Source: a virus (taxonomy: Duplodnaviria > Heunggongvirae > Uroviricota > Caudoviricetes). Taken from it: a stretch of 18,331 nucleotides of DNA. The stretch is from positions 1 through 18,331 of IMG/VR virus record IMGVR_UViG_3300027708_000034, one strand, 5' to 3'. Shown here in pieces: positions 1-6,900 of this stretch (its first letter is position 1; each line of letters begins with the position of its first letter). The notes below the pieces were generated by a model. It was given only the letters and a program-made list of their open reading frames with translations. It was not told the DNA's origin and made no database searches. Made by a program: the position numbers and the translations under genes.

Positions 1-241
1 TACGGAACAGTTCACGTTCACCTGCTCCACCACGGACATCTCGTGCCCATTGTGCGATACGCAGAGCCATGTCAAAGTTTTCAACATAGGCAGCGGTGAA
101 AGCAGGGATGATGTTCTTACCACGGCTTGCACCGATGTTGTAGAACAGGTCAACACACTTGTTGGCGGTTGACTTACGAGCCTTCATGCCATTGGCAGTA
201 CGGGCTTCTTGGTTTGCGATTGCGTTTACAAATGCGTTCAT
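1..241 (-). CDS. DUF2828 / TROVE(Ro60)-like putative RNA-binding protein, N-terminal part (runs off window)
   Basis: Manual translation from ATG at 241: MNAFVNAIANQEARTANGMKARKSTANKCVDLFYNIGASRGK...LRIAQWARDVRGGAGERELFR. The RTxNG..S...xDLF and ARDxRGGxGER motifs match the DUF2828 family as I recall it. SD GAAAGGT at 250-256. Not in the ORF track because it is truncated. Confidence 0.75.
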   Translation of the reverse strand, partial: MNAFVNAIANQEARTANGMKARKSTANKCVDLFYNIGASRGKNIIPAFTAAYVENFDMALRIAQWARDVRGGAGERELFR

Positions 242-255
242 TTTAATTTACCTTT

Positions 256-313
256 CAGAATGTATTTTATTTCTCGATGTGGTTTGAAATATAAGATTGC
301 TGTTAACATTCTA
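256..313 (-). ncRNA. ACAGCAA-motif RNA copy Y, in 5' UTR of DUF2828 gene abutting the SD
   Basis: U-AGAAUGU-UA-ACAGCAA...AAU-ACAUUCU-G; perfect 7-bp stem. Confidence 0.7.
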
Positions 314-321
314 TTATTCAA

Positions 322-445
322 CAGGTTAGTTGTCTACTTTTTGTTTTTATCGAGGAGACTTATCGAAACTCCTCTATCTACTAGGATCCCTTTCGGGGTA
401 CCGAGTAGCAGACCATAGTAATATGTAGTTGCTGTACCTAACCTA
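322..445 (-). ncRNA. ACAGCAA-motif RNA copy Z, in 5' UTR of DUF2828 gene
   Basis: U-AGGUUAG-GU-ACAGCAA...CUAACCU-G; internal CCC-GAAA-GGG hairpin and GAGGAG/CUCCUC hairpin with a UUCGAUA loop. Confidence 0.7.
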
Positions 446-476
446 AAACTTACTGTTAATTTCTTAACATGTACAT

Positions 477-505
477 ATTGTATAACAAAACTCGCGTCTT
501 GTCAA
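477..505 (-). promoter_or_regulatory. sigma70-type promoter for the DUF2828 transcript
   Basis: TTGACA (505-500), 17 nt, TACAAT (482-477). Confidence 0.75.
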
Positions 506-519
506 GACAATTTGGGAAA

Positions 520-627
520 CAGGATGCTGTAGTATCGCCGGGAATCGAACCCCTATTTCAACTACGGTGCCCAATTGCACGGCCTGCCGAAAAATGGTGG
601 CAAAAAGTGTTTGCTGGATGCATCCTA
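520..627 (-). ncRNA. ACAGCAA-motif RNA copy A, with D-like and T-arm hairpins
   Basis: U-AGGAUGC-AU-CCAGCAA...GCAUCCU-G; contains GUGC-AAUUGG-GCAC and GGG-GUUCGAUU-CCC. Confidence 0.65.
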
Positions 628-631
628 AAAT

Positions 632-710
632 TGGATGCGGAGGATGGATTTGAACCAACGATCTCTAGCTTATGAGACTAGTGGGGACGACCAGACTCCC
701 CTACCCCGCA
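632..710 (-). tRNA. tRNA-Met(CAT), initiator-like acceptor stem
   Basis: UGCGGGG/CUCCGCA acceptor, loop CUCAUAA, encoded CCA; lacks the three G-C anticodon-stem pairs typical of fMet. Confidence 0.9.
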
Positions 711-768
711 ATATTCGTGCCACACAATTTATCCTATTGTACGCCGTGTGCCATGGCGAGTTACTATT

Positions 769-1746
769 TTAAATTCTTTTTTGATGCGTGTCTAGTATAT
801 ATTTTGCCATTTTAGAAGTTGTACAGTTGGCCAAAAAATGATCAAATAATGTTTGTTCTAATTCTTGGTACTCACTCCACCCTTCATTTCCTGGCATGAA
901 ATATTCAGCACCCTTTTCGTCTACTTGTTGTTTGATATTTAGTAAAAGTTCTTTGGGTAATGTTGTCAACGAGTCACGGGGAGCATCTGCCAAATCTTCA
1001 AAATATGGAATGCATCGGCATGCCATGATTTCATAATGACGCATACAGTCCCATCCCGATTTCATTTTTGTACGACCAAATAATGATTCTCTGTAATCAT
1101 TGTAATAATCCTGTTCAACAGTATATCTATAACGACTGCCAAAACCACCTTCTGGTAATGCATTGCTCCAAGCACGAACTTTTGGCAACGGAGTTTGTAT
1201 TTTTTTATCAGGAAATGCAAATGATATTGGAGCTACATCGTTGACACTATATGGGTTCCAGGACCAACCATGCGGAGAAACACCGCCTGGATAAAATCCA
1301 TCGACTGGATCGCCTATTATTTCTCTCACAAAATATGTTGAATTTCCCAAAAGCCGAGGTTCGATAAATGTTTTATCTTGTCCGTCTAGTGCGATGATTT
1401 CGTGTTTTTTATAATGTTGTAGTATTAAATTTATATATGGGGTCAGTTGTTCGAAGTCAGTTCTCGCACAAATTATCAAATCAAAATAATGATCTATGAT
1501 TTTTTGTTCTATATTATTTCTATCTATCGAGGGAGTATCTTCTAAAATCCCACGAGTAGTAAACCCATTGCCGTATCTGCTTTGTAGAGTATGTGGACCA
1601 TATGGTACAAATTCACTACGGTACATATACCAAATCCTAGGTTCATCTGTAACTTCTAAATCGTCCAGCTGACGCAACCCGTCTAATAATGTATCTGCCA
1701 AATAGTCTTCAGCATTGGCTCTTTTTGTAAACAATATTTTTTTCAT
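769..1746 (-). CDS. glycosyltransferase-like protein
   Basis: 325 aa ORF; C-terminal GWDCMRHYEIMACRCIPYF resembles GT-B-like phage proteins. Confidence 0.6.
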   Translation of the reverse strand: MKKILFTKRANAEDYLADTLLDGLRQLDDLEVTDEPRIWYMYRSEFVPYGPHTLQSRYGNGFTTRGILEDTPSIDRNNIEQKIIDHYFDLIICARTDFEQLTPYINLILQHYKKHEIIALDGQDKTFIEPRLLGNSTYFVREIIGDPVDGFYPGGVSPHGWSWNPYSVNDVAPISFAFPDKKIQTPLPKVRAWSNALPEGGFGSRYRYTVEQDYYNDYRESLFGRTKMKSGWDCMRHYEIMACRCIPYFEDLADAPRDSLTTLPKELLLNIKQQVDEKGAEYFMPGNEGWSEYQELEQTLFDHFLANCTTSKMAKYILDTHQKRI

Positions 1747-1761
1747 GCTTCTATTTTATAT

Positions 1762-1838
1762 TGGTCGGAGTACAAGGATTCGAACCTTGGACCCCCTGGT
1801 CCCAAACCAGGTGCGCTACCAGACTGCGCCACACTCCG
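1762..1838 (-). tRNA. tRNA-Pro(TGG)
   Basis: Cloverleaf, loop UUUGGGA, CCA. Confidence 0.95.
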
Positions 1839-1840
1839 AA

Positions 1841-2077
1841 TTATCTCTTTCTAATTTTCATTCCAACCCAAGTACCACAAAATGCACCTGCTGCTGCTGG
1901 AATCAATAACATATGATTACTATTATACTCTATAATTGCCACAGCCGCAACCACATAAACTATTGTGGCCCAACTGCTGGCCCTTAATACATGTTCCTCA
2001 TGTACAGCCTTTAAATAATATGTATAAAAGACATCAGTAAAGAACATGGCAAAAAAAGCCAATAAGTAATCAATCAT
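1841..2077 (-). CDS. small membrane protein
   Basis: 78 aa with about 3 hydrophobic segments; fits exactly between two tRNAs. Confidence 0.7.
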   Translation of the reverse strand: MIDYLLAFFAMFFTDVFYTYYLKAVHEEHVLRASSWATIVYVVAAVAIIEYNSNHMLLIPAAAGAFCGTWVGMKIRKR

Positions 2078-2082
2078 ATATT

Positions 2083-2156
2083 TGGTACCTCGTTGGAGAA
2101 TTGAACTCCCGTATCCACCGTGTAAGGATGGCGTTCTACCATTAAACTACCGAGGC
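2083..2156 (-). tRNA. tRNA-Val(TAC)
   Basis: Loop CUUACAC, CCA; G-A mismatches at the acceptor/T-stem junction. Confidence 0.9.
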
Positions 2157-2158
2157 TC

Positions 2159-3343
2159 TTAATCTTTACTGAAATAATTATATCCCATATTTTTATCAAC
2201 GATCCTCAACAAGGTCGAACCAAAAATCCAATCACTGCCTGCTGAGTAAAACCCTGCTGCTGAAAGCGCCTTATATTCTTTGACCATGTTAGGAAAGATC
2301 GAACCGTTCTTTAGTCTGGGTACTGAAATGCTTTTTACATAATGCCAAAACTCAGTGTCAAAGTTAGATCCACCATGGTAAATGTAACTCAGCATATCTT
2401 CCAACCCACGGGCTTGAAGTCTAAACTTCTCATTCATAATGCTTTGTGGCATTTCCCTGCCTATGAACCTCTTGAACAAATTGATAACATGTATGTACAT
2501 GTAGATAGAATTTGCTGACAAGGGTTCAAAAAATATTGCCCTATTACCATTTTTCAAAACTCGATCCGAATAAATTTGTTTTGCATAATAGGATTTAAAT
2601 TTGTAATCCACTAACTTTGCTGGATCTATCTCAACATTGAGATATTTTTCTAAATCCTTAACCACAACATCTCTATCCGAAATGCCGTTGTTAAACATAT
2701 AACCATAGGTAGTTCTAGTGGTCAGTGGCACTCTAAACATCCAGCCATGTTCCATGGCTATGTGCCCTGTGTACATTTCTTCATTGTTAGGAGCAACTGA
2801 ATAAACTAGACTTTGATTAACTGGACTACATTTGGAAATCTCATAGTCAACAAAGCTAGTGGGGAATCCCCTGCAATCTATAACGTATTCGAATTCTTCA
2901 GTCCTGCCGTCGACTACAACCTGTGCTGTATCTTCGCCTGGAATGATATCGGACACTGTGCCATGTATTTCGGAAAACTTATCACTGGCCAGTTCATGGA
3001 AGCGTTTGAATAAAAACTCTTTCAGTTTGAAATTGTTGAAGTGTATGGCGTATCCCGAACCATACAATGGGTTCACGAAATCGTTTTTCCTCCAACCTTC
3101 ATACTTGGTGCCAAATTTTAATGTTCCATCAACCTCGGGCAAGTCCTCGATAGTGAACATAGAGCTGGCTTGCAATATGTCAATGAACTGAGGATTGGTA
3201 CTTTCACCGATGCCAAGAATGTTGATCTTAGGATCGTATATTGAAACGATTTCCCATACATCGGATGGGAGATGAGGTAGCAGTCCTGCGATTGAAACAA
3301 GACCTGCTGTACCTGAACCTACGACTGCTATTCTTTTTTTCAT
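2159..3343 (-). CDS. tryptophan-halogenase-like FAD-dependent oxidoreductase
   Basis: IAVVGSGTAG Rossmann motif, GIGEST, GWMFRVPL..R..YGY. Confidence 0.85.
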   Translation of the reverse strand: MKKRIAVVGSGTAGLVSIAGLLPHLPSDVWEIVSIYDPKINILGIGESTNPQFIDILQASSMFTIEDLPEVDGTLKFGTKYEGWRKNDFVNPLYGSGYAIHFNNFKLKEFLFKRFHELASDKFSEIHGTVSDIIPGEDTAQVVVDGRTEEFEYVIDCRGFPTSFVDYEISKCSPVNQSLVYSVAPNNEEMYTGHIAMEHGWMFRVPLTTRTTYGYMFNNGISDRDVVVKDLEKYLNVEIDPAKLVDYKFKSYYAKQIYSDRVLKNGNRAIFFEPLSANSIYMYIHVINLFKRFIGREMPQSIMNEKFRLQARGLEDMLSYIYHGGSNFDTEFWHYVKSISVPRLKNGSIFPNMVKEYKALSAAGFYSAGSDWIFGSTLLRIVDKNMGYNYFSKD

Positions 3344-3353
3344 TATTATTATA

Positions 3354-3427
3354 TGGAGCGGGGTGCGAGAATCGAACTCGCGCTATCAGCTTGGAAGGCT
3401 GAAATCCTACCATTAAATGAACCCCGC
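3354..3427 (-). tRNA. tRNA-Gly(TCC)
   Basis: Loop CUUCCAA, U73, CCA. Confidence 0.95.
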
Positions 3428-3435
3428 ATATCTCT

Positions 3436-3509
3436 TGGTGCCCCACGACAGAATCGAACTGCCATCACAGGATTACAAAACCAGTGTACTACCATTGTAC
3501 TAGTAGGGC
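3436..3509 (-). tRNA. tRNA-Thr(TGT)
   Basis: Loop UUUGUAA; two U-U mismatches in the anticodon stem; CCA. Confidence 0.88.
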
Positions 3510-3515
3510 CATCTA

Positions 3516-3677
3516 TTAAACTAGATTATCCTTGGTAAGCACCTTGGCGTCCCATTGGGCTAGCTTTTCTCTAAATTCATCTTCAGTCAGTTTGTGCCAA
3601 CCGATGCAATGTCCAACTGGACTACGACCGCAACCACATGTAGGTGCTGCTTTAACTGGTTCTGTTTGTGTTTCCAT
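3516..3677 (-). CDS. CDGSH-like small Fe-S/Zn-finger protein (53 aa)
   Basis: Manual translation METQTEPVKAAPTCGCGRSPVGHCIGWHKLTEDEFREK...; CxCx2Sx4CxGxH 3Cys-1His pattern; directly follows rpoZ. Confidence 0.7.
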   Translation of the reverse strand: METQTEPVKAAPTCGCGRSPVGHCIGWHKLTEDEFREKLAQWDAKVLTKDNLV

Positions 3678-3681
3678 TTGC

Positions 3682-3909
3682 TTACCTAATTTTTTTCAAA
3701 TACTCAACGCCAACCTTGCCTTGCTCGATCTCTTTTAGAGCCAACACCACAGAGCTACTGTGATTGGCATTGTCCACAAGGGGCTTACTACCACGACGCA
3801 ATTCACGCACTCTAGTCGCAGCCACTAGCACTAGATTGAATCGATTACCGATCAATCGAACACATAGGTCAGTGTCATTTTGAGTACGATCAAGTTGTTT
3901 TGGTTTCAT
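3682..3909 (-). CDS. rpoZ: RNA polymerase omega subunit homolog (75 aa)
   Basis: IGNRFNLVLVAATRVREL..GSKPLV...VVLALKEIEQGKV matches the RpoZ core; start taken at M44 of the track ORF, just downstream of a promoter. Confidence 0.9.
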   Translation of the reverse strand: MKPKQLDRTQNDTDLCVRLIGNRFNLVLVAATRVRELRRGSKPLVDNANHSSSVVLALKEIEQGKVGVEYLKKIR

Positions 3910-3930
3910 ATTTACTTTCTTTAAAATACA

Positions 3931-3959
3931 AGTATACAACATTTGAAGCAAGTTGTCAA
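3931..3959 (-). promoter_or_regulatory. sigma70-type promoter for rpoZ
   Basis: TTGACA-17-TATACT. Confidence 0.8.
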
Positions 3960-3968
3960 CTGTTATTT

Positions 3969-4052
3969 TGGTGCCCAGGGAGAGACTCGAACTCTCAATC
4001 CTCGCGGCAGTGGCTTCTAAGACCACCGTGTATACCATTCCACCACCTGGGC
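3969..4052 (-). tRNA. tRNA-Leu(TAG), class II
   Basis: Loop CUUAGAA, long variable arm, A73, CCA. Confidence 0.95.
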
Positions 4053-4063
4053 ATTATTCCTTA

Positions 4064-4258
4064 TCAAGCAATCACAGTATCTGGAAACATCTTCTGTGGC
4101 GTACGTTCACTCTTTGGAGTGCGGACTATGATAGCTGCTGATAGTTCAGCTTGAATCATACACGCCTTAATAGAATTACGAAGATTGCTATCAGCTGTGG
4201 TACATAACATACGCTTGGTACGCTTGGACATTTTATAGTTGCTTGTGGGTTTTAACAT
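4064..4258 (-). CDS. hypothetical basic protein (64 aa)
   Basis: AAGGA SD upstream; fills the gap between tRNAs. Confidence 0.65.
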   Translation of the reverse strand: MLKPTSNYKMSKRTKRMLCTTADSNLRNSIKACMIQAELSAAIIVRTPKSERTPQKMFPDTVIA

Positions 4259-4278
4259 TATTTTTCCTTTTTATAATT

Positions 4279-4368
4279 TGGCGGAATGACTGAGACTCGA
4301 ACTCAGAAAGCTGCTTTCGCAACTCGACGGATTAGCAATCCGCTCCAATACCATTATGGGACCATTCC
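4279..4368 (-). tRNA. tRNA-Ser(GCT)
   Basis: Loop UUGCUAA, long variable arm, G73, CCA. Confidence 0.95.
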
Positions 4369-4377
4369 AAAATCTTT

Positions 4378-4983
4378 TTACATCTGTTTACCCCAACACC
4401 ACGGAAGTGGTGTTACGTCGGGAAATGCTTCGAGCACTGCTCTTTCAACATCATTGTTAGGTGTTGCGGGATTAAAATCATGTCCTGCGAGATAACCTCC
4501 TGGACGAACTTTCGGAGCCCATGCAGCAATGTCTGCTTTGACATTTTCGTAATCATGTGACGCATCAATAAACACAAAATCTAAACTACCATCTTCATAG
4601 AGTTCAGCAGCAGCTAGACTGGTCATACGCACAGGGTTGTAGTAACCTTCCACAGGTTTCATATTTTCTACAAAATGTTCGTACAATGAATTTGAAACGA
4701 CATATTCATCCTCTTGGTGATCCTCTTCATCACTGCCTTGCCAAGTATCGACACAATCAAATTTTATGTCTTTGCCTGAATTGATAATTTCCACAGCCAT
4801 ACATGCTGCGCTTTTACCTTTCCAAGTACCGATCTCTACGAAATGATACTGTCTAGTGGATGATGGCGCGAACCCTTCACCAGTAAATACCATCTCCCCG
4901 TTGGGCACAGATTTAACCATTTGCTGGTATAGTGCATCTATACCATCTGCCCAACCGTGTATATTATTATAAAAGTGTTCCAT
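4378..4983 (-). CDS. class I SAM-dependent methyltransferase (Methyltransf_24-like)
   Basis: VEIGTWKGKS, VDTW, DFVFIDASHDY, KVRPGGYLAGHD. Confidence 0.9.
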   Translation of the reverse strand: MEHFYNNIHGWADGIDALYQQMVKSVPNGEMVFTGEGFAPSSTRQYHFVEIGTWKGKSAACMAVEIINSGKDIKFDCVDTWQGSDEEDHQEDEYVVSNSLYEHFVENMKPVEGYYNPVRMTSLAAAELYEDGSLDFVFIDASHDYENVKADIAAWAPKVRPGGYLAGHDFNPATPNNDVERAVLEAFPDVTPLPWCWGKQM

Positions 4984-4998
4984 GTTTTCCTTTTTGTT

Positions 4999-5107
4999 TG
5001 GTACGACCGGTAGGGTTTGAACCTACAAGAGCAAATGACTATGTCCTTGCCCCTACCCTCGCCGAGTATCCCCGGTCCGGAGGTCTGCCTATTCCACTCA
5101 CGGTCGT
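4999..5107 (-). ncRNA. aberrant 109-nt tRNA-like RNA with no canonical anticodon loop
   Basis: ACGACCG/CGGUCGU-A-CCA acceptor, T arm GUAGG-UUCAAAC-CCUAC, Leu-type D loop, CCGGG-GAUA-CUCGG hairpin in place of the anticodon loop, long variable arm. Confidence 0.75.
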
Positions 5108-5113
5108 AAGTAT

Positions 5114-5142
5114 ATTGTATACTTATACACCCTGCGTGTCAA
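5114..5142 (-). promoter_or_regulatory. sigma70-type promoter; predicted +1 about 5107
   Basis: TTGACA (5142-5137), 17 nt, TACAAT (5119-5114). Confidence 0.75.
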
Positions 5143-5866
5143 CTGTTTTGGATTTAACATGAGCTAACTCTTTTTCAATAAAAGTCCATGCTCGTTGCAG
5201 TAGCCTCTTATAATGCGGGCTTGCTGTCTTTTCTGGATAATAATCTGCGATGTCTTTAAGCTCAAATGCCTTGTTTATGTATGCTGACATTTTTGTCCTA
5301 AACGCAGCAGGCTCTAAATTGGCCAGCTTGGGTATTATGGGCACTAGCACATTTAATGCTTCGACAAACCTGGAGTTGATCTCTGCAGGTTGTGCTTGAT
5401 AAGCACCATCCTTATCTGCTTGATGCTGCGGGCTTCTTGCTGTACGATATCGCGAGCTTTGATTAGCCCTATTGGATGACTTCATATCATCCATAGCATG
5501 TCTTAATTCGTGTGCTATAACGCTACGCATACGATTAGTGCTCAAGTAATCCGAATTTAATGAAATTGCTTTCTCCATCGGATCCCATTGTCCAAAATGG
5601 CTATCTGCTGGTGTAGCACGGCCATGTAGTCTACGTGCTAGATCTACTATAGCTTCGTCTGAACTTAATTCAATTCTCAAACTATCGAACGCAGGTATTG
5701 GAGTATCGAATAAATCGCCAATCCTACCGATATGTAAAACACCAGTTTCATCATAGTCTAACTCCGTATCAGCGTATTGCTGTAAGTAGCTGAATATAGA
5801 GTCGGCTAAACTAATGATAGCACGATCCTCATCAGCAGTTTCTACGATAAGTTCACGAATTTTCAT
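5123..5866 (-). CDS. HExxH (zincin-like) protein
   Basis: 247 aa with VIAHELRHAMDD; ATAAATA late-type promoter upstream. Confidence 0.75.
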   Translation of the reverse strand: MKIRELIVETADEDRAIISLADSIFSYLQQYADTELDYDETGVLHIGRIGDLFDTPIPAFDSLRIELSSDEAIVDLARRLHGRATPADSHFGQWDPMEKAISLNSDYLSTNRMRSVIAHELRHAMDDMKSSNRANQSSRYRTARSPQHQADKDGAYQAQPAEINSRFVEALNVLVPIIPKLANLEPAAFRTKMSAYINKAFELKDIADYYPEKTASPHYKRLLQRAWTFIEKELAHVKSKTVDTQGV

Positions 5867-5871
5867 GTACT

Positions 5872-5878
5872 TATTTAT
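5872..5878 (-). promoter_or_regulatory. T4-like late promoter variant
   Basis: ATAAATA 5 nt upstream of the ATG at 5866. Confidence 0.55.
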
Positions 5879-5883
5879 TGCAT

Positions 5884-5973
5884 TGGCGGAGCGTGATGGA
5901 ATCGAACCATCACCGGCTTCTAACCAGTGGAACAGTTTTCAAGGCTGCTTGCTCACCATGAACTCCACACTCC
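5884..5973 (-). tRNA. tRNA-Ser(TGA)
   Basis: Loop CUUGAAA, long variable arm, G73, CCA. Confidence 0.92.
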
Positions 5974-5981
5974 ATAACTCT

Positions 5982-6068
5982 TGGCGGAAGAATGAGGAAT
6001 CGAACCCCAACCTCTATGAAGTCCCTCTGCTTTCGAAACAGTGCCAGGCCCAGCCCAGATAATCTTCC
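5982..6068 (-). tRNA. tRNA-Ser(CGA), divergent D arm
   Basis: Loop UUCGAAA, long variable arm, G73, CCA. Confidence 0.8.
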
Positions 6069-6072
6069 ATAA

Positions 6073-6164
6073 TGGTACCAGCGGAGGGAATCGAACCCTC
6101 TCAAGAAGGCTAATCTGGCCCTAAAAGTCTTATAAGGACTCTCTGACTTCCAAGTCTCGCTGGC
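6073..6164 (-). tRNA. atypical tRNA with TAT (Ile) anticodon, mini D arm and long variable arm
   Basis: GCCAGCG/CGCUGGU-A-CCA; D arm ACU-UGGA-AGU; AGAGUC-CUUAUAA-GACUUU; T arm GAGGG-UUCGAUU-CCCUC. Confidence 0.75.
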
Positions 6165-6174
6165 AATAAATCCA

Positions 6175-6290
6175 TTTGTTATATTGTGGGTTTTGTCAGT
6201 TTATTGGCCCACAACCTCACGACGCTATGGCAACTATGTTGCCGCACTGCTCGATACCACCTCCGCTTGCGCGGCGTCCGGAATAACAAA
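6175..6290 (-). ncRNA. candidate structured spacer RNA
   Basis: UUUGUUAU/AUAACAAA closing stem; GACGC/GCGUC; CCGC-GCAA-GCGG; GGCAAC-AUA-GUUGCC; UUGUGGG/CCCACAA. Confidence 0.55.
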
Positions 6291-6296
6291 ATACAA

Positions 6297-6405
6297 CAGG
6301 ATGCATTTTACTTTTTTGACCTGTGTGCTACCATTACACTACTAGCCGGAATCGAACCGGACCACTGGTTTGGATTATGAGTAAAAGGTTGCTGTTAGCA
6401 TCCTA
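6297..6405 (-). ncRNA. ACAGCAA-motif RNA copy B, carrying a circularly permuted tRNA-like domain (YrlA-like)
   Basis: AGGAUGC/GCAUCCU stem plus ACAGCAA; T arm (6360-6346) precedes D arm (6339-6325). Confidence 0.75.
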
Positions 6406-6410
6406 AAAAC

Positions 6411-6485
6411 TGGTCCGGCGTAACAGAATCGAACTGCTATTTAGGGAGTAGAAATCCCCTGTATTATCCATTATACGAACGCCAG
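6411..6485 (-). tRNA. tRNA-Arg(TCT)
   Basis: GGGGA-UUUCUAC-UCCCU, D loop GGAUA, CCA. Confidence 0.92.
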
Positions 6486-6490
6486 TTATT

Positions 6491-6565
6491 TGGTCTCTCC
6501 GGCAGGAATCGAACCTGCATCCCATTCTTAGGAGGAATGTGTTCTATCCATTGAACTACAGAGAG
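6491..6565 (-). tRNA. tRNA-Arg(CCT)
   Basis: Loop CUCCUAA, CCA. Confidence 0.95.
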
Positions 6566-6577
6566 GTAAATATTTGT

Positions 6578-6742
6578 GTGAGAACATACGAAAATCAAAC
6601 ACCCGGTGGACTTTGTTTTCACCTATCACTTGAAAATGATGTTGTTTATATTCTTGTCTATGACATCCACGATGTCACGTATTTTCAAATGAAATATTTT
6701 ACCAAAGTAAATTCTGCACTACGTTGGATCAATAATCTATAA
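6578..6742 (+). CDS. possible small hypothetical protein antisense to the array
   Basis: GTG-start 54-codon ORF filling an otherwise unstructured gap; no clear SD. Confidence 0.3.
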   Translation: MRTYENQTPGGLCFHLSLENDVVYILVYDIHDVTYFQMKYFTKVNSALRWINNL

Positions 6743-6743
6743 C

Positions 6744-6818
6744 TGGCGGGCCCTGTAGGAATCGAACCTACATCGCAAGTTTCGAAGACTCGTATTCTAT
6801 CCATTGAACTAAGAGCCC
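6744..6818 (-). tRNA. tRNA-Arg(TCG)
   Basis: Loop CUUCGAA, CCA. Confidence 0.95.
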
Positions 6819-6826
6819 GTTGTGTA

Positions 6827-6900
6827 TGGAGCGGGTAGCGAGAATCGAACTCGCGAATAAACCTTGGCAAGGTTTCAGGTTACCATTACATCATACCCGC
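6827..6900 (-). tRNA. tRNA-Gly(GCC)
   Basis: Loop UUGCCAA, U73, CCA. Confidence 0.95.

Noticed and set aside
6411-6485. Apparent CUA amber-suppressor anticodon (UUCUACU)
   Set aside because: Correct stem pairing GGGGA/UCCCU gives loop UUUCUAC, anticodon UCU (Arg), and the D loop is Arg-type.
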